A stretch of DNA of 64,000 nt from contig CAYJVR010000003.1 of assembly GCA_964373715.1 (NCBI GenBank), forward strand, positions 47,050-111,049, given 5' to 3'. Below the pieces are notes generated by a model that made no database searches, was not told where the DNA came from, and saw only the letters and a list, made by a program, of their open reading frames with translations. Position numbers and translations under genes: made by a program. Source of the DNA: an uncultured Planctomycetia bacterium (GTDB taxonomy: Bacteria > Omnitrophota > Gorgyraeia > 1-14-0-20-64-10). Shown here piece by piece: positions 27,490-34,875 of this stretch (the first letter of the stretch is position 1; every line of letters begins with the position of its first letter).

Positions 27490-28817
27490 CGATCCAGCTC
27501 CCCGCCGATCATGTTGACCGACCCAAAGGTCGGGACCACGTCGGCCATCTGGTCGCCGTTCAACAAGAGAGGCAGCGCCCCCATGATAGTAAAGCAGGGG
27601 GGCCTCACCCGGACCCGGTAGGGGTTCTCGGTGCCATCGCTCACGATGTAGAAACCGAGTTCCCCGTTGGCCCCTTCGACCGGCACGTACGCCTCACCCT
27701 TAGGCGGGCGTATCCCGTGGCCGACCATCACCAGCTTGAAGTGGTTCATCAGCCCTTCGATGTTGCCGTAGGTGTCCTCTTTTGCCGGCAGGAAAACCCT
27801 CTTCTCCGGCGCGGCGATATCTTTCCAGACCGTTTTGTCGGTCCCCTGCAAAGTGGGGTCCACCTCCGCCATCTTGCCAGCGATCTCCCGGATCTTGCCC
27901 ATCTTGGCCTCGTCGATCATTTCGGCAGCCGGGATCGGCTCGAGCGCCTCCGGCTTGACCGGCAGGCCGGTCTCCGGGTCCACCGCAACGTGCCCGCCGG
28001 GGATATCCTTCAGGCATTGTTCAATAATCCGGATGGACTGCTCCATCTCCTCCATCCGGCAGTAGTAGCGGTCCAGGTTGTCGCCGTGCGAACCGAGCGG
28101 AACATCAAACTGAAGCCGGTCATAAATCGAGTAGGCGCAAGCCTTGCGCACGTCGTAATTGACGCCGGTACTCCGCAGGAACGGCCCGGTGATTCCGTAG
28201 GAGATGGCATCCTTCTGGGAGATTTTGCCGGTCCCCTTCATTCGGTCCACGAAGATCCGGTTGCGGGTCAAAAGCTTGTCGCACTCCGCAATAACGTCGC
28301 GCACATCCTTCAACGCTTTTCTCGTCTTCTCCTCGAAACCGGGCGGCAGGTCGGCCTTCACGCCGCCGACGCGGCAGTAGGAGACGGTCAGCCTCGCGCC
28401 GGTCACCATCTCCACCAACTCCCAGAGGTACTCGCGCGCCTTGATCATATAGAGGAAGACGGTGAAGGCTCCGAGCTCCATCGCGGAGGCGCCGACACAA
28501 GTGAGGTGATCGGTGATGCGCGATATCTCCGAAACGATCACCCGGATGTATTCGCAGCGCTCCGGCACCTTCAGGCCGAGCAGTTTCTCGACCGCCATCG
28601 CGTAGCCGACGTTGTTGATGAGCGGCGAGACGTAGTTCAAGCGGTCGGTGTACGGGAAGACGCCGTTGTAGGTGACCGTCTCCGACATCTTCTCGAATCC
28701 CCGGTGCAGGTAACCGATCTCGACGTCCGTGGAGCGGATCGTCTCCCCTTCCAGGCCAACGATGATCCGGATGATCCCGTGCATCGCCGGATGGGCAGGG
28801 CCGACATTCAGCAGCAT
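27486..28817 (-). CDS. nuoD: NADH-quinone oxidoreductase subunit D (49 kDa) with a ~40-aa internal insertion
   Basis: Start placed at ATG 28817 (MLLNVGPAHPAMHG...). The 31 upstream codons of the ORF (to the GTG at 28910) lie inside a copy of the 48-bp dispersed repeat and are probably non-coding. Confidence 0.8.
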   Translation of the reverse strand: MLLNVGPAHPAMHGIIRIIVGLEGETIRSTDVEIGYLHRGFEKMSETVTYNGVFPYTDRLNYVSPLINNVGYAMAVEKLLGLKVPERCEYIRVIVSEISRITDHLTCVGASAMELGAFTVFLYMIKAREYLWELVEMVTGARLTVSYCRVGGVKADLPPGFEEKTRKALKDVRDVIAECDKLLTRNRIFVDRMKGTGKISQKDAISYGITGPFLRSTGVNYDVRKACAYSIYDRLQFDVPLGSHGDNLDRYYCRMEEMEQSIRIIEQCLKDIPGGHVAVDPETGLPVKPEALEPIPAAEMIDEAKMGKIREIAGKMAEVDPTLQGTDKTVWKDIAAPEKRVFLPAKEDTYGNIEGLMNHFKLVMVGHGIRPPKGEAYVPVEGANGELGFYIVSDGTENPYRVRVRPPCFTIMGALPLLLNGDQMADVVPTFGSVNMIGGELDR

Positions 28818-28880
28818 CTCCTTCGTCTGCAAAGAAGACGCGTCATCGCGAGACCCCGAAGGGGTCGTGGCAATCTCGTT

Positions 28881-28928
28881 GGTGCTTTCCGTATGAGATT
28901 GCTTCGTCACTTCGTTCCTCGCAATGAC
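28881..28928 (-). repeat. R1 repeat copy 3 (inverted orientation) at the nuoD 5' end
   Basis: Reverse complement reads GTCATTGCGAGGAACGAAGTGACGAAGCAATCTCATACGGAAAGCACC. Partial 11-mer copies also occur at 15499-15516 and 38729-38742. Confidence 0.65.
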
Positions 28929-28938
28929 GCGTACCGCA

Positions 28939-29541
28939 TCAATTCACCGGGCCAATTAAGGGCTGGCGCTTACTGACAGGATAATCCTTGCGCAATGGGT
29001 GCCCCTTGAATTCCGAATACAGCAAAAGCCGCTTCAGGTTCGGGTGCCCCTTGAATTTGATCCCGTACATATCCCACACCTCCCGCTCGAACCAGTTGGC
29101 GGATCCCCACAAATGGGCCACCGAATCCACCTGGGGATTCGACTCCTCGACCGGGACTTTTAAGCGGAGCCTATGGCCAAGAGGCAGAGAAAAAAAGTGA
29201 TAGACCAGCCCGAACCGGGCTTTCGCCGCCGTACCCGGCCAGGGAGATCCGTCCTCGATGTGGCCCGGCGGTTTGGCCGCAACACCTGCGTTGAAATGGG
29301 CCGCCTTGGCCGGCGGGGTCGCGGCAAACGTGAGGTAATCCACCGCCGTCAGATCGATCAGAAAATTCATCTGGAACGAGGAATTCTCTTTAAGGAAATT
29401 CGCCACGTCGAGAACATACTCCGGGCGGATCGTGGTGGTGGCGTCACCCCTGTAGGTATGGGTCGAGATGACCGCCGCGGCAAAACGCCGGGAGATCAGA
29501 TCGAAGAGGGCGGGGTCAGACTGAGAAAGATTTTCCGGCAT
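28939..29541 (-). CDS. nuoC: NADH-quinone oxidoreductase subunit C (30 kDa) with a ~35-aa Ala/Pro-rich insertion
   Basis: The NuoC core (LIDLTAVDY...FGLVYHFFS...) is interrupted by TFAATPPAKAAHFNAGVAAKPPGH... Confidence 0.8.
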   Translation of the reverse strand: MPENLSQSDPALFDLISRRFAAAVISTHTYRGDATTTIRPEYVLDVANFLKENSSFQMNFLIDLTAVDYLTFAATPPAKAAHFNAGVAAKPPGHIEDGSPWPGTAAKARFGLVYHFFSLPLGHRLRLKVPVEESNPQVDSVAHLWGSANWFEREVWDMYGIKFKGHPNLKRLLLYSEFKGHPLRKDYPVSKRQPLIGPVN

Positions 29542-30025
29542 GATACATCTGCGCTTTCGGGAACTCTTTTCCGGAATGCTGAAGCTGGATCTTTTCCTGA
29601 AGCTTCATCAGGCCGTCCAACACATACTCAGGCCTGGGGGGACAGCCGGGAATGTAAATGTCCACAGGGATAATCGTGTCGATCCCCATCACGGTGGCGT
29701 AATTGTCGTAGAAACCGCCGGTGCAGGTGCAGACGCCGAACGCGACGACCCACTTCGGTTCGGTCATCTGGTCGTAGATCTTCTTCAAAATCGGCGCCAT
29801 CTTGTGGCTGATCGTGCCGACCACGAAGAGGACGTCGGCCTGCCGGGGGGAAAAACGCGGGAGACCCGCCCCGAACCGGTCCACGTCGTAGTGGGAGCAG
29901 GCGGTGGCCATGTACTCCATGCCGCAGCAAGCGGTGACAAAAGGGTACTGGAAAATCGAGTACTTGCGGGCCCACCCGATCGCCGATTCCAGCTTGCTGG
30001 TAACGAAGTTTTCTCCGCCGAACAT
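29516..30025 (-). CDS. nuoB: NADH-quinone oxidoreductase subunit B (PSST)
   Basis: CCxxE...C...CP 4Fe-4S (N2) motif. SD GAGGT upstream. Confidence 0.9.
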   Translation of the reverse strand: MFGGENFVTSKLESAIGWARKYSIFQYPFVTACCGMEYMATACSHYDVDRFGAGLPRFSPRQADVLFVVGTISHKMAPILKKIYDQMTEPKWVVAFGVCTCTGGFYDNYATVMGIDTIIPVDIYIPGCPPRPEYVLDGLMKLQEKIQLQHSGKEFPKAQMYHAGKSFSV

Positions 30026-30042
30026 ATTTACCTTACCTCGCC

Positions 30043-30090
30043 GTCATTGCGAGGAGCATAGCGACGCGGCAATCTCATCGCAGAATCACC
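30043..30090 (+). repeat. 48-bp dispersed repeat, family R1, copy 1, between the nuoB start and nuoA
   Basis: GTCATTGCGAGGAGCATAGCGACGCGGCAATCTCATCGCAGAATCACC. The partner motif GCCACGCTCCACTCGCAATGACAC at 30115-30138 carries the inverted 11-mer. Confidence 0.7.
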
Positions 30091-30147
30091 CAAGATAACT
30101 TTGCATGAGATGGCGCCACGCTCCACTCGCAATGACACATAATGCGT

Positions 30148-30516
30148 TCACTGCCATTCGAGAGCACCTTTGCGCCAAGCATACACAAAGCCGATCAACA
30201 GGACCCCCAGGAAGAGGGCCATCGTCGTGAACCCGGGCAGGCCCAGATGCCTGTAAACGACCGCCCAGGGGAACAGGAAGACCAGCTCAACGTCAAAGAG
30301 AATAAAGAGCATCGCGATCAGGTAAAAGCGGATCGTCATCTTGCCGGTCGGCAGGCTGAACGGCCTCTCGCCGCATTCGAACGGTTCGCTCTTGGCGGCT
30401 GAAGGCTTCTTCGGGCCGAGGATCGAGGAGAGCAGGATGAAAACCCCTGCGATCCCGCCGGCCAGAATAAATGTGACTAGGATACCGAGATATTCGCTCA
30501 TGGATAAGACGCTCAT
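30148..30516 (-). CDS. nuoA: NADH-quinone oxidoreductase subunit A
   Basis: 3-TM ND3-like protein. ATG at 30516 with a GGGAG SD. The ORF-track start at 30528 is a TTG. Confidence 0.8.
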   Translation of the reverse strand: MSVLSMSEYLGILVTFILAGGIAGVFILLSSILGPKKPSAAKSEPFECGERPFSLPTGKMTIRFYLIAMLFILFDVELVFLFPWAVVYRHLGLPGFTTMALFLGVLLIGFVYAWRKGALEWQ

Positions 30517-30556
30517 TATAACAATCAAGCTCCCGAATTTCTACTTATCCATCTCT

Positions 30557-30603
30557 GTCATTGCGAGAAGCGTAGCGACGAAGCAATCTCATGCAAAATC
30601 AAC
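30557..30603 (+). repeat. R1 repeat copy 2, in the nuoA/thyA divergent region
   Basis: GTCATTGCGAGAAGCGTAGCGACGAAGCAATCTCATGCAAAATCAAC, with the partner GCCACGCTCTGCTCGCAATGACAC at 30691-30714. Confidence 0.7.
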
Positions 30604-30740
30604 TTACGGTTAGCCGGTTTGCGAGTTTGCGAGTTAACCGGTGAACCGACTAACAGGCCAACTGGCCAACGCTTTGTTCCAGGACGAAATGCCACGCTCT
30701 GCTCGCAATGACACGGCAAGACCCGTATAATGATGAACCT

Positions 30741-31535
30741 ATGAAAGCCTACCTGGATCTTATACGCCACATCATTGACAACGGCGCCAAAAAAACCGAC
30801 CGGACCGGCACCGGAACCTTATCCGTTTTCGGCTACCAGATGCGGTTTGACCTCACTCAGGGCTTCCCTCTGGTCACCACGAAGAAGATGCACACCAAAT
30901 CGGTGATCCATGAACTGCTCTGGTTCCTCCGCGGCGACACGAACGTGAAGTACCTTCACGACAACGGCGTCACGATCTGGGACGAGTGGGCCGACGCTCA
31001 AGGAGAGCTTGGGCCGGTCTACGGACATCAGTGGCGCAGTTGGCCGATACCCGAGGGCGGAACGATCGACCAGACCAGCCAAGTAGTCGAGATGATCAAA
31101 ACAAAGCCGGATTCCCGGCGGCTGATCGTCTGCGCCTGGAACGCGGCCGACATTGACAAGATGAAGCTGCCCCCCTGCCATTGCCTGTTTCAATTCTACG
31201 TGGCGGACGGAAAGCTCTCCTGCCAGCTTTACCAGCGCAGCGCCGACGTTTTCCTCGGCGTGCCGTTCAATATCGCCTCCTACGCTCTGCTCACGATGAT
31301 GGTCGCGCAGGTAACCGGCCTGAAGGCCGGCGAATTCATTCACACATTCGGCGACGCCCATCTTTACCTCAATCACCTGGAACAAGCGAAGCTTCAGCTC
31401 TCAAGGGAGCCGTTCCCGCTCCCAACAATGAAGCTGAATCCCGCAGTCAAATCAATCTTCAACTTTAAATACGAGGACTTCACTTTGGAGAATTACCAGT
31501 CCCACCCAAGCATTAAGGCCCCGATCGCCGTCTAA
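30741..31535 (+). CDS. thyA: Thymidylate synthase
   Basis: Start at [11 protein letters not shown]. Active-site PCH motif and the DRTGTGT region. Confidence 0.9.
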   Translation: MKAYLDLIRHIIDNGAKKTDRTGTGTLSVFGYQMRFDLTQGFPLVTTKKMHTKSVIHELLWFLRGDTNVKYLHDNGVTIWDEWADAQGELGPVYGHQWRSWPIPEGGTIDQTSQVVEMIKTKPDSRRLIVCAWNAADIDKMKLPPCHCLFQFYVADGKLSCQLYQRSADVFLGVPFNIASYALLTMMVAQVTGLKAGEFIHTFGDAHLYLNHLEQAKLQLSREPFPLPTMKLNPAVKSIFNFKYEDFTLENYQSHPSIKAPIAV

Positions 31536-32077
31536 TGACCGTTTCCCTCATCGTCGCAGTTTCCCAGAACGGGGTGATCGGCGCCGACAACAAACTCCCC
31601 TGGCAGTTGACCGAGGACCTCAAACGGTTCAAGGAGATCACGATGGGCCACCCAATCGTCATGGGCAGAAAAACCTTCGAAGCGATCGGCAAACCCCTAC
31701 CCGGCCGAACCAACATCGTGATCACCCATCAAAAGGATTTCGCCTGCTGCGGCGTTCTGGTTGCAAACTCACTTGAACAAGCATTGGAAATCTGTGACCG
31801 TCGAGCGACCGCGCAGCGGTCGGAGGAAATAGTCGCGCATCCAATGAGCGCGGACCGCGCCGATCAGGAGGAGGTCTTCGTGATCGGCGGCGCCAGCATC
31901 TTCGAGCAGGCGATGCCTCTGGCCGACAACCTGTACCTTACGCTAATCCACCAGGATTTCGACGGGGACACCTTCTTCAAGTGGGATAAAACGCAGTGGA
32001 AGCAGGTCTCCCGAGAAAACCGGCCAGATCCGATCCCCTTCAGCTTCATCCTGCTCAAAAAAAGGAAAACACCTTGA
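31535..32077 (+). CDS. folA: Dihydrofolate reductase, with a ~20-aa insertion
   Basis: LIVAVSQNGVIG...LPW..DL..FK..T.G..IVMGRKT pattern. TAATG overlap with thyA. Confidence 0.85.
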   Translation: MTVSLIVAVSQNGVIGADNKLPWQLTEDLKRFKEITMGHPIVMGRKTFEAIGKPLPGRTNIVITHQKDFACCGVLVANSLEQALEICDRRATAQRSEEIVAHPMSADRADQEEVFVIGGASIFEQAMPLADNLYLTLIHQDFDGDTFFKWDKTQWKQVSRENRPDPIPFSFILLKKRKTP

Positions 32078-32133
32078 AAACGGCCGCGGCCCTTGTTTTC
32101 ATGCTGGCCTTCGCCCGCGTCAAAATCTAGAAA

Positions 32134-32433
32134 TCAAGCAGGCTGGAGAATCTCGGCGAGCTTTTCGGGATGGAGACGGCGCAATTCTGGAATCCTATAC
32201 TCCTCCGCCAGTTGTGCAAGCTTTCGATGTACCTGGACTGTGACTTTTCGGGGACGAACCCATAGAAGCTCTATTCCAACAAGATCCCCTTTGCTGTCCA
32301 AATCAAGATTCACAAAATCAGCATATTCTACAGTCTTCGAAACAGACTTCTCGCTCAAAGCGATATAGCTGGCTTTTGCTTGCGGATCATACGTTATCTC
32401 TAATATTTTAATCATCTTATGGAATCCACCCAC
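32134..32433 (-). CDS. DUF2283 domain protein (antitoxin-like partner of DUF4258)
   Basis: 99 aa, MKILEITYDPQAKASYIAL...GDLVGIELL pattern. Local GC clearly below the flanks. Confidence 0.6.
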   Translation of the reverse strand: MGGFHKMIKILEITYDPQAKASYIALSEKSVSKTVEYADFVNLDLDSKGDLVGIELLWVRPRKVTVQVHRKLAQLAEEYRIPELRRLHPEKLAEILQPA

Positions 32434-32651
32434 CCTGCAGTGATAACAATGATATTATCTCTATCCAATTCTACTACAGCAAAACAGGTTCTGCTTCCTA
32501 TTTCCTTCCAAAATTTCATTGTTCTGAGGAGCTTCCCAGGACTCTTTTTATCTGAATAACGCACTGTAGCGCGGATATGGTCGGGCGTTACCCCTCTCTG
32601 TTTCATTCTTTTATGAACGTGGTGGGTATAAATGAATCGCTGCATGACCAC
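32412..32651 (-). CDS. DUF4258 domain protein (toxin-like)
   Basis: 79 aa with a conserved HVxxRMxQRGV-like N-terminus. Overlaps the DUF2283 gene by 22 nt in an AT-rich island. Confidence 0.55.
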   Translation of the reverse strand: MVMQRFIYTHHVHKRMKQRGVTPDHIRATVRYSDKKSPGKLLRTMKFWKEIGSRTCFAVVELDRDNIIVITAGWVDSIR

Positions 32652-32757
32652 ATTATATCATGCAAATATATTGCAATAAAACATAATACCCGTATTGACA
32701 ACAACCCCCTTTCTACAACTTTCCTGTATTCAAACCTTCAGTTATACTATTAAGTCT

Positions 32758-34230
32758 ATGGCTAAGACACTGTTTGAAAAGGTGTGGGACCCGCACGTCG
32801 CGGTGCAGAACCCCGACGGCACGGTCCTGCTTTACATTGACCGCCACCTGGTGCATGAGGTCACCTCGCCGCAGGCCTTCGAAGGGCTGCGCCTGACCCA
32901 CCGGAAAGTGCGCCGGCCTGAGCTCACGTTCGCCACGATGGACCACAACGTGCCGACCTCCGCCACAGAGCGAGGCGGATCCGCCTCAGGCGGAAACGAC
33001 CGGATGAATATCGCCGACCCAATCTCGAAGGCGCAGATCGACGCCCTTTCAGAAAACTGCCGAGAGTTCGGTATTACCCTCTATGACTTGAAATCGGATA
33101 AACAGGGGATCGTCCACATCATCGGGCCGGAACTGGGGATCACCTTGCCCGGCTCAACGATCGTCTGCGGAGACTCCCACACCTCGACGCACGGGGCGTT
33201 CGGCACGCTGGCGTTCGGGATCGGCACCTCCGAGGTGGAACACGTGCTGGCCACCCAAACCCTGCCCCAGAAACGGCCGAAGACCTTTAAAGTGGAATAT
33301 ACAGGCACCCTGAAAGCCGGCTCAACTCCCAAGGACATGGTCCTGAAGATGATCGGGTTGATCGGCACCGCCGGCGGAACCGGCTACGTGATCGAGTACG
33401 CGGGCGAGGCTGTGCGGAAACTCTCGATGGAACAGCGGATGACGATCTGCAACATGACGATTGAGGCGGGAGCGCGGGCCGGCATGATCGGGCCGGATGA
33501 GACCACGTTCCAGTACGTCGCCTCCGGCAACCGGCCGTTCGCGCCGAAAGGGGCGAATCTCGAAAAGTCCCTGGCCTATTGGAAGACTCTGCCCTCCGAC
33601 CCGGAGGCGAAATTCGACCGGACGCTCTCTATCAACGCCTCGGAGATCGCACCGCAGGTCACCTGGGGGACAAACCCCGGCATGGTGATGGATGTGACCG
33701 GGCGGATCCCGGAACCGGACAAGGTGCCAGGCTACTCCCGGAAGGATGTCGAGCAGGCGCTCGCCTACATGGGGCTTACCCCCGGCACCCTGATCACCGA
33801 GATCAAGCTGGACCTGGTCTTCATCGGCAGCTGCACCAACGGCCGGATCGAGGATCTGCGGAGCGCGGCGAAGATTTTCAAAGGGAGAAAGGTGGCCAAA
33901 GGGATCAAAGTGCTGGTGGTCCCCGGCTCCGAGCAGGTGCGCAAGCAAGCGGAGAGCGAAGGGCTCGACAAGATCTACAGGGAGGCCGGCTGTGAGTGGC
34001 GGTTCGCCGGCTGTTCGATGTGCCTCGGGATGAACCCGGACCAGCTGAAGTCCGGCGAACGGTCGGCTTCGACGTCAAACCGGAACTTCGAGGGGCGGCA
34101 AGGCAAAGGGGGGCGCACCCACCTGGTCTCGCCGGAGATGGCGGCCGCCGCCGCGATCGAGGGGCATTTCGTGGACATCCGCACGTGGAATGAAAAACGA
34201 AAGGAAACCCTTACCCTTCCCTCTCCCTGA
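32758..34230 (+). CDS. leuC: 3-isopropylmalate dehydratase large subunit
   Basis: Aconitase-family Cys ligands and the [11 protein letters not shown] start. The stop codon sits in the loop of a GC-rich palindromic repeat. Confidence 0.9.
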   Translation: MAKTLFEKVWDPHVAVQNPDGTVLLYIDRHLVHEVTSPQAFEGLRLTHRKVRRPELTFATMDHNVPTSATERGGSASGGNDRMNIADPISKAQIDALSENCREFGITLYDLKSDKQGIVHIIGPELGITLPGSTIVCGDSHTSTHGAFGTLAFGIGTSEVEHVLATQTLPQKRPKTFKVEYTGTLKAGSTPKDMVLKMIGLIGTAGGTGYVIEYAGEAVRKLSMEQRMTICNMTIEAGARAGMIGPDETTFQYVASGNRPFAPKGANLEKSLAYWKTLPSDPEAKFDRTLSINASEIAPQVTWGTNPGMVMDVTGRIPEPDKVPGYSRKDVEQALAYMGLTPGTLITEIKLDLVFIGSCTNGRIEDLRSAAKIFKGRKVAKGIKVLVVPGSEQVRKQAESEGLDKIYREAGCEWRFAGCSMCLGMNPDQLKSGERSASTSNRNFEGRQGKGGRTHLVSPEMAAAAAIEGHFVDIRTWNEKRKETLTLPSP

Positions 34231-34252
34231 GGGAGAGGGTTAGGGTGAGGGG
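34208..34252. repeat. GC-rich palindromic repeat, family R2, copy a (the leuC stop is in its loop)
   Basis: CCCTTACCCTTCCCTCTCCC-tga-GGGAGAGGGTTAGGGTGAGGGG, a near-perfect ~20-bp-arm hairpin. Confidence 0.7.
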
Positions 34253-34260
34253 AAACCAAG

Positions 34261-34872
34261 ATGCTGCAGCCGTTGAAATCGCACAAGGGACTCATCGCCA
34301 CGCTGGACAAGGCCAACGTGGACACCGACCAAATCATCGCGAAGCAATTCCTGAAATCGATCAAACGAACCGGCTTCGGGGAATCCCTCTTTTTCGACTG
34401 GCGCTATCTGCCCGACGGCAAGCCGAACCCCTCTTTCGAACTTAATGACCCGCGGTTTAAAGGGGCCTCCATACTCGTCACCCGGAACAATTTCGGCTGC
34501 GGCTCCTCGAGGGAACACGCGGTCTGGGCGGTGGTCCAGTACGGCTTCAAAGCGGTGATTGCCCCGAGTTTCGCCGACATCTTCCGGAACAACTCGATGA
34601 AGAACGGCCTTTTAACGATCGAGTTGGAGGAACCGGAAGTGGAGGAGATCTTCCAGATGACCGGCCGCTATAAAGGACTCGAGGCAACGGTGAATCTGGA
34701 AGAACAGCGGATCACTTTGCACACGACGGAAGAGATTTCATTTCACTTCGAGATCGAACCTTCTGTGAAGGACCATCTGGTCCGGGGGTTGGACTCCATC
34801 GGACTAACGCTCAAGCAGGAAAACCAAATCGCGGCTTTTGAAAAGAACCACGACACCCAACTCTACCGCTGA
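34261..34872 (+). CDS. leuD: 3-isopropylmalate dehydratase small subunit
   Basis: 203-aa aconitase swivel domain. Confidence 0.9.
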   Translation: MLQPLKSHKGLIATLDKANVDTDQIIAKQFLKSIKRTGFGESLFFDWRYLPDGKPNPSFELNDPRFKGASILVTRNNFGCGSSREHAVWAVVQYGFKAVIAPSFADIFRNNSMKNGLLTIELEEPEVEEIFQMTGRYKGLEATVNLEEQRITLHTTEEISFHFEIEPSVKDHLVRGLDSIGLTLKQENQIAAFEKNHDTQLYR

Positions 34873-34875
34873 CCC

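Noticed and set aside
28818-28910. 31-codon N-terminal extension of nuoD (MTKQSHTESTNEI...)
   Set aside because: The extension is encoded entirely by an R1 repeat copy. Canonical NuoD begins at the MLLNVGPAHP motif with ATG at 28817.
32652-32757. Possible leucine leader or attenuator upstream of leuC
   Set aside because: The region is AT-rich with a TTGACA, but it has no Leu-codon-rich mini-ORF, terminator/antiterminator pair or T-box features.
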